This document shows positions 1 through 9,235 of a stretch of DNA of 64,000 nucleotides, in pieces. Each line of letters begins with the position of its first letter. Position 1 is the stretch's first letter. The notes under the pieces are model-generated. The model worked only from the letters and a program-made list of their open reading frames with translations, did no database searches and was not told the DNA's origin. The position numbers and the translations under genes were made by a program. The stretch comes from Candidatus Bathyarchaeia archaeon (GTDB lineage Archaea > Thermoproteota > Bathyarchaeia > 40CM-2-53-6). The stretch spans positions 32,001 through 96,000 of the forward strand of contig JBEKSC010000003.1 in assembly GCA_049517415.1 (NCBI GenBank), written 5' to 3'.

Positions 1-701
1 TTCGTAACAAATTGTCCCCAATAGTTGCTGTACTTCTCCATCAATACGTATTCATTCACACTGACTTCCTTGACCATGTATGCTCCGGAACCGGCATCGT
101 GGGTAAGAAGCCAATCACTGCCGTAGTCGCCATTGGCACCGTAGGGGCCTGGCGTTTTAACGTGCGACATTACTAGTTGCTTGTTGAGAATGTAGATCCT
201 TACGAGGCTGTTGACGAACGGTCCGAATGGTCGCTTCAGCGTGATCACAACCGTGTAATTATCTGGGGCAGTTACGGTGCTTACGTATGGAGTGAAGAGG
301 TAGGAGTAGCCTTGACCTATTGTTAGCATTCTATTCAGCGAGAAGACGACATCGTTAGCTGTCAGCGGTGTTCCATCATGGAATGTGGTTCCGGTTCTAA
401 GCGTGAAAGTCCACGTTAGACTATCAGGAGTACCGGACCACTGAGTTGCAATGTCGGGGGTTACGCCACCTGTAGCAGTGGGATAGACCAAGGTGTCGTA
501 GAGGTTGACGAATTCAACAGAACTAGTTTCGTCTGAGCCGACAGCAGGGTCCAGTTGACCTGTACCCGATTCCGTCATGCTTAGGAGGGTTGGTTGTTTC
601 GTTGTTGGTGCCTGACGCGGTGTCAGAGCATACCATACTGAGCCGCCGACAACAATAATGATGACCAGCGCCGCAATTGCTATTTGAATGCGTTTTTGCA
701 T
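1..701 (-). CDS. ABC peptide transporter substrate-binding protein (family 5), runs off window start
   Basis: Own translation from ATG at 701: MQKRIQIAIAALVIIIVVGGSVW (TM anchor)...LDPAVGSDE..NLYDTLV...WTFTLRTGTTFHDGTPLTANDVVFSL, the SBP_bac_5 N-terminal signature; absent from the ORF track because it is truncated. Confidence 0.9.
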   Translation of the reverse strand, partial: MQKRIQIAIAALVIIIVVGGSVWYALTPRQAPTTKQPTLLSMTESGTGQLDPAVGSDETSSVEFVNLYDTLVYPTATGGVTPDIATQWSGTPDSLTWTFTLRTGTTFHDGTPLTANDVVFSLNRMLTIGQGYSYLFTPYVSTVTAPDNYTVVITLKRPFGPFVNSLVRIYILNKQLVMSHVKTPGPYGANGDYGSDWLLTHDAGSGAYMVKEVSVNEYVLMEKYSNYWGQFVT

Positions 702-978
702 TTTCTAATTTGCACCTCAAATGCAAATTAGGTTCGGGGCTGGCGGTGAGCTATACGTCTATTCTATGTAGAGTTCGTACTCGTAATGTGAACGCACGGT
801 AAATCAGGAATGGTATAGGCTACTCTGAGCTGTGTGAAAACGTTCTTATCTGCACATGTCGGCCAAATCCGTTCGATTTTTGGCCACTGAACCAAAGCAC
901 ACTTCTCGTCAGTCATCTTCGGTCTTGGCAAAGCATTTAACTCAACACTCGATTGCTGGGTTTAAACCTGGAAAAAAC

Positions 979-2097
979 GTGGAGGATTGTGGGGCCACGC
1001 AGCGAGTACTTGAAGAGAGGGTCGCGCGGCTGAAGCACGAAGGAAAGAAACACGGTCTTTCTGGATTCATCATATCCACTACGCCTAACATGAAATATTT
1101 CACAGGTCTATCCTTGCTGGCAATCGAAAGGTTCGCAGCGGTCATAATCCCAATTGACTCTGACCCGGCTATTGTGGTGCCTGAGCTTGAAGAAGAGAAA
1201 GTGAAGTCGCTGTCTGCCATCAAGAACATACAGAAATTCACCGACGCTGAGGGGCCGGAGCGTGTCGTAAAGTCAACGTTGAAGGGACTTCACCTCACGC
1301 GCGGAAAACTGGGCGTAGAGGGTTTCCTGCCTTACAAGTTTTCCATTATGATCAGCCAAGCTGCGCCGAAGGCAGATCTGGCCGAAGCGTCAAAAATCTT
1401 CGCAGAGCTGAGGATTATCAAGACGTCTTATGAGCTCGAAATGATGCGGAAAGCAGCAGAGATCACTGCCCGCGGAATTGAGGCTGGCGTCAAGGCAATA
1501 CGAGTTGGAGCCACAGAGCTTGACGTAGGCTTCGAGATAGAACGGACCATAAGGCAATCGGGGGGCGAGTCAGTTCCCTTCTGCCTCGTTCTCAGAGGCC
1601 CGAACGCTGCACTTCCTCACGGTGCTACTTCAAAGGCTAAAATCCAAAACGGCGACTCCGTGATAATGGATGTCGGCGCCACGGTCGACGGATACTTCGG
1701 TGACCTGACAAGGACAGTATTTGTGGGCAGCGCCTCAGCCAAGCAACGCGAAATTTACGACATAGTGCTTCGAGCGCAGGAGAAAGCGATTGCGGTGGCG
1801 AAGCCTGGGATACCCGCGAGTAATGTCGACAAGACCGCTCGAGGCGTTATCAAGGAGGCAGGGTATGGGGAACGCTTCACACACAGGGTCGGTCATGGGC
1901 TGGGTCTTGAGGTGCACGAAGAGCCGAGCGTAACCGCGACATGCAAAACAGTCCTAAAGCCGGGAATGGCGTTCACCGTTGAACCAGGAATTTACCTGCC
2001 ACAGGAATTCGGCGTCCGAATAGAGGACAATATCGCGATCACCGAAGAGGGCAGGATGACGATCGGTGCGTGCGAAAAGACTCTGACGATAATTTGA
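979..2097 (+). CDS. Xaa-Pro peptidase (M24 family)
   Basis: Metal-ligand motifs MDVG..DGYFGDLTRT, HRVGHGLGLEVHE, TVEPGIY, GVRIED; frame is open from 856, GTG 979 chosen because it follows a TTTAAA box. Confidence 0.9.
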   Translation: MEDCGATQRVLEERVARLKHEGKKHGLSGFIISTTPNMKYFTGLSLLAIERFAAVIIPIDSDPAIVVPELEEEKVKSLSAIKNIQKFTDAEGPERVVKSTLKGLHLTRGKLGVEGFLPYKFSIMISQAAPKADLAEASKIFAELRIIKTSYELEMMRKAAEITARGIEAGVKAIRVGATELDVGFEIERTIRQSGGESVPFCLVLRGPNAALPHGATSKAKIQNGDSVIMDVGATVDGYFGDLTRTVFVGSASAKQREIYDIVLRAQEKAIAVAKPGIPASNVDKTARGVIKEAGYGERFTHRVGHGLGLEVHEEPSVTATCKTVLKPGMAFTVEPGIYLPQEFGVRIEDNIAITEEGRMTIGACEKTLTII

Positions 2098-2111
2098 AGG
2101 GGCGTAAATGG

Positions 2112-3830
2112 ATGGAAGACAGAGCAATTGTTTTTGAAAACGTGAGCTGGCGATACGAAGGGAACCAGGAAGACACTTTGCGAGATGTCAACCTAGAGAT
2201 CAGAGCTGGAGAAACGGTTGTAATTACAGGGGCAAGCGGAGCAGGAAAGACAACGCTCTGCAGGTGCATCAACGGTCTGATTCCCCACTTCTATGAAGGA
2301 GCGCTGAAAGGTGACGTCTTGGTATGGGGTGACAACATTAGGACGAGCACAACGGTCGATCTGGCTCGTAGGGTCGGCATGTGCTTCGACAACCCTTCCA
2401 ACCAGCTCTTCTGCGCCACGGTGCTAGAAGAAATCGCGTTTGGTCCACAGAACCTCTGCAAGACAAGGGATGAAGTAATGCAGAGAGTTTCCGAAGCAAT
2501 GAAGTTCTGCAGGCTCGAGAAGTACAGAGATAAGAGCCCATTTGCGCTTTCAGGCGGGGAAAAACAAGCTGTCGCCATCGCTGCGTTAATCGCGATGGTG
2601 CCGGATGCCATGATTCTAGATGAACCCACATCTAACATTGACGCGGTCGGGACTAGCCTCGTCTTTGAGCGAATGGCGCAGCTGATAAAGGAACGGAAGA
2701 GAACAACCGTGATAGTTGAACACAAGCTACAGTACGCGCTGCCGATGGCGGATCGGCTAATAGTGATTTCTGACGGCGCAATAGTTGCCGACGGCACGCC
2801 TAGGAAGGTTCTCTCTGACGCTGAGTTCCTCGACAAATCACAAATTCAGGTCCCACACGTAACAACTCTGGCACATCGGTTAGTCGACGGCCTCGGTGAA
2901 GAGAACGTTCCGATTACCCTCGAAGAAGGTGTAGCGCTGCTTTCTCGTCTTATCAAAGAGAACAAAGTGCGAGTGAAACCAGCTAGAATACCAGCACCCG
3001 CGCGGAGCAGTCAGAAACCCATAATCTCCTGCCAAGACGTGTGGTTCGAATATCCGGACGGGACGCCAGCGGTCAAAGGCGTGAGTTTTGACATCTTGGA
3101 GGGCGAATTTGTGGGGTTGGTCGGCCGAAACGGCTCAGGGAAGACCACGCTCGCAAAGCTGTTCAATGGACTTTATCGGCCGACAAAAGGCAAGATCCTT
3201 GTGGACGGTATCGATGTCAGAAACGCATCAATCGCGGAGTTGGTCAGCAGGGTTGGGTATAGCTTCCAAAATCCAGATGACCAGATTTTCGCGAAAACGG
3301 TCAGAGATGAGTTGGCGTTCGGGCCGAAGAACCTTAAGCTATCGTACAACGAAATAAGCCGTCGCGTCGAGAGCGCTGCGAGTGAGGTTGAGATAACCGC
3401 ATACTTGGATGAAAATCCTTTCAACCTGAGTCAGGGCTTGAGACAACGAGTGGCTGTGGCTTCCGTACTTACGCTTAACCCGAAGGTGCTCATAGTCGAT
3501 GAGCCTACGACAGGACAGGATTTCACTCGATCCAAGATCGTGATGAATCTAGCCAAGACTCTGTGTGAAAGAGGGCGGACGATTATCATAATTAGCCACA
3601 ACATGGATCTCATAGCGGAATATTGTGAAAGGCTAGTTGTAATGCTTAATGGGCAGATGCTGTTGGCAGGACCCACGAGAGAGGTATTCAGCCAAACTCA
3701 ACGGATACGAGAAAGCTCATTGGAGCCACCTCAGGTTACACAGATTGGACAGGCCCTAGTGAGCCTTGGTCTTCCCTCTGATGTTCTCACGTTAGGCGAA
3801 ATGTTGCAGATCGTTTCAGCGGTGAAGTAA
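2112..3830 (+). CDS. ECF transporter ATPase with two ABC domains
   Basis: Two Walker A motifs (GASGAGKT, GRNGSGKT), LSGG/LSQG signatures, DEPT motifs; adjacent to EcfT. Confidence 0.9.
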   Translation: MEDRAIVFENVSWRYEGNQEDTLRDVNLEIRAGETVVITGASGAGKTTLCRCINGLIPHFYEGALKGDVLVWGDNIRTSTTVDLARRVGMCFDNPSNQLFCATVLEEIAFGPQNLCKTRDEVMQRVSEAMKFCRLEKYRDKSPFALSGGEKQAVAIAALIAMVPDAMILDEPTSNIDAVGTSLVFERMAQLIKERKRTTVIVEHKLQYALPMADRLIVISDGAIVADGTPRKVLSDAEFLDKSQIQVPHVTTLAHRLVDGLGEENVPITLEEGVALLSRLIKENKVRVKPARIPAPARSSQKPIISCQDVWFEYPDGTPAVKGVSFDILEGEFVGLVGRNGSGKTTLAKLFNGLYRPTKGKILVDGIDVRNASIAELVSRVGYSFQNPDDQIFAKTVRDELAFGPKNLKLSYNEISRRVESAASEVEITAYLDENPFNLSQGLRQRVAVASVLTLNPKVLIVDEPTTGQDFTRSKIVMNLAKTLCERGRTIIIISHNMDLIAEYCERLVVMLNGQMLLAGPTREVFSQTQRIRESSLEPPQVTQIGQALVSLGLPSDVLTLGEMLQIVSAVK

Positions 3831-4724
3831 ATGTCAACAAGCTTCTCAAGTCTCTTCAGGTACACTGCGAGAAACACACCTCTGCACAATCTAGATCCAA
3901 GGGTGAAGATGCTGTGGTTCTTTGCTATGATAATTCCCGCGGTGGCATGGTCTGATCCAATTTTCATGCTGGGGATGATTGTGCTTGTAATGATCTGCGG
4001 CAAGATTGCGGGCGACAGTTTGTCGGCGATGATGAAGGCAATAGTGATTCCATTTCCAGCGTATATCATGGTTGCCCTGTTCAATCTATTTGCGTTTGAC
4101 TTCACAGTCAGGAGCATGGTATCATGGAATCTACTATACTTGTTTTGGCTGATACCGCGGATCGGCTCTATCGGGCCTTTTGGACACGTGAGCGTTGAAT
4201 CGCTCGTGTTTATTGTCGGCATTTGTATGCGAGTTGCAGTATTCATCCTAGCGAGCAGGCTTTTCCTACTCTTCACCTCGCCGTCAGACATCGTCACCGC
4301 ATTTAGCAAGTTCAAAGTACCTATGGAAATCACGACCGCCATTAGTGTGGCTTTCGGCTATCTTCCTGAAATTTCACAACAAGTTACAACCATTATGGAA
4401 GCGCAGCGTTCGAGGGGATTGAAAACTGGTTCGAAAAACCCGTTCACAGCCGTCAGAAGCTTCGTTCCGGTCGTCATACCTCTAATATTGCGTTCCATGG
4501 TAACGGCTGAGTTCTTGGCGACCGCGATAACCTCGAGAGGATTCGGAGCCACGACTCATCCAATTTCTCTGCGAGAGACGAAGATCTCTGTAGCTGACAT
4601 AGTGGCCACTTCATTCTTCCTAGTTCTGCTCGTGGTCGCTATCCTGACGGGAACTTGGGTGTACAATCTAGCGAGCTTCAAAGTGACGACGTTTCTCATA
4701 CGCAACGCCTTCTTTAGACATTAA
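3831..4724 (+). CDS. ecfT: ECF transporter transmembrane component T
   Basis: LDPRVK motif, EAQRSRG and ITSRGF (two xRG motifs), multiple TM helices. Confidence 0.9.
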   Translation: MSTSFSSLFRYTARNTPLHNLDPRVKMLWFFAMIIPAVAWSDPIFMLGMIVLVMICGKIAGDSLSAMMKAIVIPFPAYIMVALFNLFAFDFTVRSMVSWNLLYLFWLIPRIGSIGPFGHVSVESLVFIVGICMRVAVFILASRLFLLFTSPSDIVTAFSKFKVPMEITTAISVAFGYLPEISQQVTTIMEAQRSRGLKTGSKNPFTAVRSFVPVVIPLILRSMVTAEFLATAITSRGFGATTHPISLRETKISVADIVATSFFLVLLVVAILTGTWVYNLASFKVTTFLIRNAFFRH

Positions 4725-4921
4725 TCCCAAGCTTCTATTGATCTGCCCAACTCAGATACGTTGACCCTTCTGTCCTAGGTCAGTCTCTCGGACCAAATCG
4801 TAAACTCCAGCAAACAAAACGAAATCGTTTGATGTACGCAAGATTGGCCGCGGCAAAATGTTCCGAGAATATGGAAAGTCTTAATAGCGCTGCACATTTT
4901 TGCGCTCATTCGGCGTTTACA

Positions 4922-6997
4922 TTGGGTTGGCGCGTTGGCGTCGACATAGGCGGAGCCTTTACTGATCTCTTGGCCTTGAACGAGGAAACGGGGGAGTTGA
5001 AATGGGTGAAAATCGAATCAACCCCCAAAGATTACTCTCAAGCCGTGCGTGAAACCCTTTCACGAAGCAAACTGGACTTGAGTAAGACTCGGCATCTAGT
5101 TCACGGACAGACCGTCGTCATAAACACGATCATAACGCGTTCCGGATCGAAGGTCGGTCTAGTCACCACTGACGGTTTCGATATTCTAGAGATTGGTCGC
5201 GCCAACAGACGGGACCTCTTCAACCTCAAATACAGTAAGCCAGAACCATTCGTTCCTCGATACCTTACTGCAGGAGTCAAGGAAAGAATAGGGGCGGACG
5301 GTAATATCATAACCCCACTCGACGGAGACGAAGTCAAACGTGCTGTGAAAGAACTGAGTGGGAAAGGTTGTAATGCGATTGCTGTAAGTCTCATAAACAG
5401 CTATGCGAATCCCATCCACGAACAGAAGGCCGGGGAAATAGCGGTAAGCACACTTGAGCAGGCTAGCTTGAGACCGTTCGTGACTTTGGGCCACGAGCTA
5501 TCAAGAGAATGGCGCGAGTATGAGAGAACGAGCACCGCAGTGCTGAATGCCTACGTGCAACCTGAACTTGACGCCTATGTGACCGTAATAGAAAACACAT
5601 TATCGAGAATGAATTTCAAGGGCACATTCTTCGTGATGCTTGCAGCTGCAGGGATGGCTACTTCAACCTTCGCCAAGAAATATCCGATATTCACAGTCGA
5701 AGGAGGCCCTGTGGCGGGCATCGTCGGAGGAACAGTGCTAGCTGAAATCCTAGGCTACCGTGACCTGATCGTCCTAGACGGTGGGAGCACCACTACTAAG
5801 GCGGGCCTTGTGAAAGGTCTTCTGCCGCGCATTACGACTGAATACTACGTGGACAGAGACAGATTCAGACCGGGCTATCCGCTCAAAGTTCCCGTTGTGG
5901 AGGTTATAGAGGTAGGAAATGGCGGTACAAGCATAGCGTGGGTGGACGATGTCGGCGCTCTTAAGGTAGGGCCCAAGGCGACTGGAGCAGATCCAGGGCC
6001 AGTGTGCTACGGCAAGGGCGGCCTGGAACCGACGCTGACCGACGCTTACGTCATAGCCGGTTACTTGAACTCCAAATACTTGCTGGGTGGCGAATTGGAG
6101 ATCCACCGCGACATGGCGGAGAAGGCGTTGATGAAGCTTGCGAGCAAGTTCAGTGTTTCCGCTGAGGAGATGGCGGATGCGATCATTCGGGTTTCAAATG
6201 ACCAAGCTGCACATGTCATTCGCCTGGTGTCAGTTCAGAAGGGATTCGATCCAAGAGAGTTCACATTGATCGCCCACGGCGGTTCAGGTCCGATGTTTGC
6301 GCCCTTCATAGCAACGGAGCTCCAGATACCGAGAATTGTCGTTCCTGCCATCCCTGCCGGTGTCTTCAATGCATGGGGCATGCTGGTTGCGGATATTCGT
6401 CATGATATTGTGCACACAGATGTCATGAAGATCGGCGACAAGCAGACTGCTGCAGCTCACATAGACGATATCTTCAACGGTTTGGAGAAGAGGCTGCAAG
6501 ATACATTCAAGTCAGAACGGATCGATATTTCTACCGTCAGCACAATTAGGTACGGTGATATGAGGTACTACGGTCAGGAGCACACAATAAAAGTGCCACT
6601 CATGTCGGGTAAGATAACCTCTAAGGAAATTGGTGAGATAGAAGAGAGATTCATCGAGGCGCACAGACGCGAATACGGATTCATTCTTGAGAATGATCCC
6701 GTAGAGATGGTAAACTTCCACGTCGCTGGACTCTCAAAAGTGAAGAGGCCTTCGCTACAGAAGCTTTCCGAAAAAGGGAGAAGTATGGCGAAGGCTTTGA
6801 AAGAGGAAAGAGAGGTCTATTTAGGACGGGACAAGAGAACTAGAAAACTGCCGATATATCAGAAAGACCGCTTACCTCTCAACAAACCTTTGAAGGGCCC
6901 TGCGATCGTTGAGGAAATAACCTCGACCATTGTCATAACCGAAGGATTCAAGGCGATCGTCGACAAATATGGCAACGTCATACTCACAAGAAAATGA
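4922..6997 (+). CDS. Hydantoinase/5-oxoprolinase A subunit
   Basis: VGVDIGGAFTD, EWREYERTSTAVLNAYV, DGGSTTT, GADPGPVCYGKGG..PTLTDA, MRYYGQEH; frame open from 4829, TTG 4922 is the likely start. Confidence 0.9.
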   Translation: MGWRVGVDIGGAFTDLLALNEETGELKWVKIESTPKDYSQAVRETLSRSKLDLSKTRHLVHGQTVVINTIITRSGSKVGLVTTDGFDILEIGRANRRDLFNLKYSKPEPFVPRYLTAGVKERIGADGNIITPLDGDEVKRAVKELSGKGCNAIAVSLINSYANPIHEQKAGEIAVSTLEQASLRPFVTLGHELSREWREYERTSTAVLNAYVQPELDAYVTVIENTLSRMNFKGTFFVMLAAAGMATSTFAKKYPIFTVEGGPVAGIVGGTVLAEILGYRDLIVLDGGSTTTKAGLVKGLLPRITTEYYVDRDRFRPGYPLKVPVVEVIEVGNGGTSIAWVDDVGALKVGPKATGADPGPVCYGKGGLEPTLTDAYVIAGYLNSKYLLGGELEIHRDMAEKALMKLASKFSVSAEEMADAIIRVSNDQAAHVIRLVSVQKGFDPREFTLIAHGGSGPMFAPFIATELQIPRIVVPAIPAGVFNAWGMLVADIRHDIVHTDVMKIGDKQTAAAHIDDIFNGLEKRLQDTFKSERIDISTVSTIRYGDMRYYGQEHTIKVPLMSGKITSKEIGEIEERFIEAHRREYGFILENDPVEMVNFHVAGLSKVKRPSLQKLSEKGRSMAKALKEEREVYLGRDKRTRKLPIYQKDRLPLNKPLKGPAIVEEITSTIVITEGFKAIVDKYGNVILTRK

Positions 6998-7036
6998 GAC
7001 CCACGAGCAAGGACACAATTCCAACTAGCGTATCAT

Positions 7037-7047
7037 AAAAGAAAAAA
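7037..7047 (-). terminator. Oligo-T tract, probable archaeal terminator for the minus-strand unit
   Basis: TTTTTTCTTTT on the minus strand about 30 nt after the stop of the 31-aa ORF. Confidence 0.45.
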
Positions 7048-7074
7048 GGAAGGGAGACCCAGCGCTGTGGATGG

Positions 7075-7170
7075 CTACTTCTTCTTTCTATCACGGAACT
7101 CAAAGTAGGCTGCGATGACGAACACTACGACGATCACTACGATCGCGCCAGCAATCTGCCAAGTTTCCAT
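7075..7170 (-). CDS. 31-aa single-pass membrane microprotein
   Basis: ATG 3 nt after the S-component stop: METWQIAGAIVVIVVVFVIAAYFEFRDRKKK*, one TM helix plus basic tail, followed by a T-tract. Confidence 0.65.
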   Translation of the reverse strand: METWQIAGAIVVIVVVFVIAAYFEFRDRKKK

Positions 7171-7173
7171 TTC

Positions 7174-7782
7174 TTACCACCAGATAACCGCCAAGGCCAC
7201 CGAAATCACGGCGAGAACTATAGCGATGTATTTGGTTGCTGGGAACTTCCAGTCGGGCCTGACGAACCTTGGAGTGGTCATAAGGACAATCCAGGGTATG
7301 AGGCCCCAGATCAGTAGATAGACCACATATGGTCCTGCGAACATGTTGTAGTAGAACATTGCTTGGACGGTCATTAGGTGGAAGACTGCAGCATATAGCC
7401 ACCACCAAGCGAAGTACTGCACGAAAAGTGCAACTGCCGTCGCTGCCCACCAGGCCACTGTTTTCGTGACTCTGCTCTTCATCGACCAGATTGCAGGATA
7501 GAGCGCAGCTATTAGAAAGATGTGTGGCCAGTAGCACCAAGCACCGACGAGACCGACTGCAGATGTCAGCGATTGCAGAATACTTGCTATCACGCCGCCG
7601 AGTGGGCCGGCGGCCATGGTTACAATTGTCATGAAGGTTCCGTTGAGCTCGAAGTTGACCATTGGAAGGTAACCTGGTAATGCCAAGCCTAAGCCGTTAC
7701 AGATCATACCGAGCGCAGCGAATATTGCTGTCACAGCGATTTGTCGCGGGGTCATTAGTAATTTTCTAGTCGTTTGGGTCAT
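7174..7782 (-). CDS. ECF transporter S (substrate-specific) component-like membrane protein
   Basis: N-terminal QIAVTAIFAALG helix and GPLGG motif typical of S components; about 6 TM; EcfA/T nearby. Confidence 0.65.
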   Translation of the reverse strand: MTQTTRKLLMTPRQIAVTAIFAALGMICNGLGLALPGYLPMVNFELNGTFMTIVTMAAGPLGGVIASILQSLTSAVGLVGAWCYWPHIFLIAALYPAIWSMKSRVTKTVAWWAATAVALFVQYFAWWWLYAAVFHLMTVQAMFYYNMFAGPYVVYLLIWGLIPWIVLMTTPRFVRPDWKFPATKYIAIVLAVISVALAVIWW

Positions 7783-7984
7783 TAAGATCCCAAAATCGAG
7801 TTCGAAGTTCTACATATTTATGCTATGCGTATTTACCGTCCGTGTAGTACCTATTTCCGCTTGCAGATCCCTAAACCATGCTTCTACCTGTACCTGATCT
7901 TACTTTGAAAGAGGCAACCAAGGGTTGAGAAGCAAGCGTGCTAGTTTAGCGCCTCGGCTATATGTGAGCTTGCGCAGGCGACCC

Positions 7985-9211
7985 TTACCTGGCTGCTTCC
8001 AACGCTGTGACAAAGCCATCAATATCTTCAGCGCTGTTGAAGTAGTGTACGCATACCCTTGCCCACTTGTCTCTGTGGAAGGTCTTGAGAACGAGGGGAG
8101 AGGCGAAATTGCCAGCCTCGATGACTATCCCTTCTTTTGCCAGTTGACTTGAAATATTCTCTGATGCAACTTTGCTTTTATCGAAGGCTACGATTCCACC
8201 TCGAGTCGCGGATTCGGGGTCGCCGTACACCTCGATGCCATTTGCTTCCCGCAGTCTTTCAAGTAGGTAACTTGTAAGGTGCAGTATTCTGCTACGTATA
8301 TTGTCTATCCCACCGATTTCTTCAACGTAATCAAGAGCTCTATTCAGGGCAGCAACTGTCCCGAAGTTCAGTTCACCGGCCTCAAATCTCTCAGCAGTAC
8401 CGATATGCTTGTAACGACTGCGCGAAATCCATTTGGTTGTTGTCCAAGCGATATGTGAGGGCTCCATGCTACCCAGTAGCTCCTTTCTACAATAGAGGAT
8501 GCCCAGTCCCTGCGGCCCTCGAAGCCATTTCCTACATGGCGCCACCAAAAAGTCACAACCAAGATCTTTGACATCAACTCTAATCTGACCGATGGATTGG
8601 GATGCGTTGACGAGATAGAGCGCGTGGGTCTCTCGGATGAGTTTCCTAGCTTCTCTTAATGGCTGGAGGGTACCGAGCGAGTTTGAAATGTGCATCATAA
8701 CAACTAGTCGAGTCTTCTTGCTCAACGCGCGTTCTAGCGCCTGCAGGTTCACGTGACCGCTTCTACTTATGCCAATTACACGTACTCTGACGCCGAAATC
8801 TCGCTCAAGCCTTAGGAGGGGAACGAAGCCTGAAACGATTTCGAGAATGGACGTCACGACCTCGTCGCCCTTCTTCCACTTTATTCCGTTGATGACCTGC
8901 CCGATTGATTCTGAGCCGCCCTTAGTCAGTGCGACCTCGTTCGCCTGATCTGCGTTGATGAACTCGGCGACTTTTCTCTTCGTATCCTTGGTCGTCTCCG
9001 CTCCCTTCTCATAGAAGGCGGGGTTGACGAAACCGAGTTTGCCTACTTCATCCAGGTAATCTCTCGTTGCCTGTAGAACTGGAATGGGAGGCACTGAGCC
9101 TGCGGCGTGGTCGAGATAGATTACGCCGTTTGAGAAGGTGGCCGTATCCTTACGTGCTTTCGAGACATTGACGCTCACACCAAGCCCACCTGGCTCATTC
9201 TTCGTGGACAT
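7985..9211 (-). CDS. Class V PLP-dependent aminotransferase/cysteine desulfurase-like enzyme
   Basis: IYLDHAA, HISNSLG, CRKWLRGPQGLG (PLP Lys), RFEAGE, RVCVHYFN. Confidence 0.85.
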   Translation of the reverse strand: MSTKNEPGGLGVSVNVSKARKDTATFSNGVIYLDHAAGSVPPIPVLQATRDYLDEVGKLGFVNPAFYEKGAETTKDTKRKVAEFINADQANEVALTKGGSESIGQVINGIKWKKGDEVVTSILEIVSGFVPLLRLERDFGVRVRVIGISRSGHVNLQALERALSKKTRLVVMMHISNSLGTLQPLREARKLIRETHALYLVNASQSIGQIRVDVKDLGCDFLVAPCRKWLRGPQGLGILYCRKELLGSMEPSHIAWTTTKWISRSRYKHIGTAERFEAGELNFGTVAALNRALDYVEEIGGIDNIRSRILHLTSYLLERLREANGIEVYGDPESATRGGIVAFDKSKVASENISSQLAKEGIVIEAGNFASPLVLKTFHRDKWARVCVHYFNSAEDIDGFVTALEAAR

Positions 9212-9235
9212 CAGGTATGATGCTAGTTGCCTATC

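Noticed and set aside
523..726. 67-aa minus ORF in the track
   Set aside because: Out-of-frame shadow of the real SBP gene starting at 701
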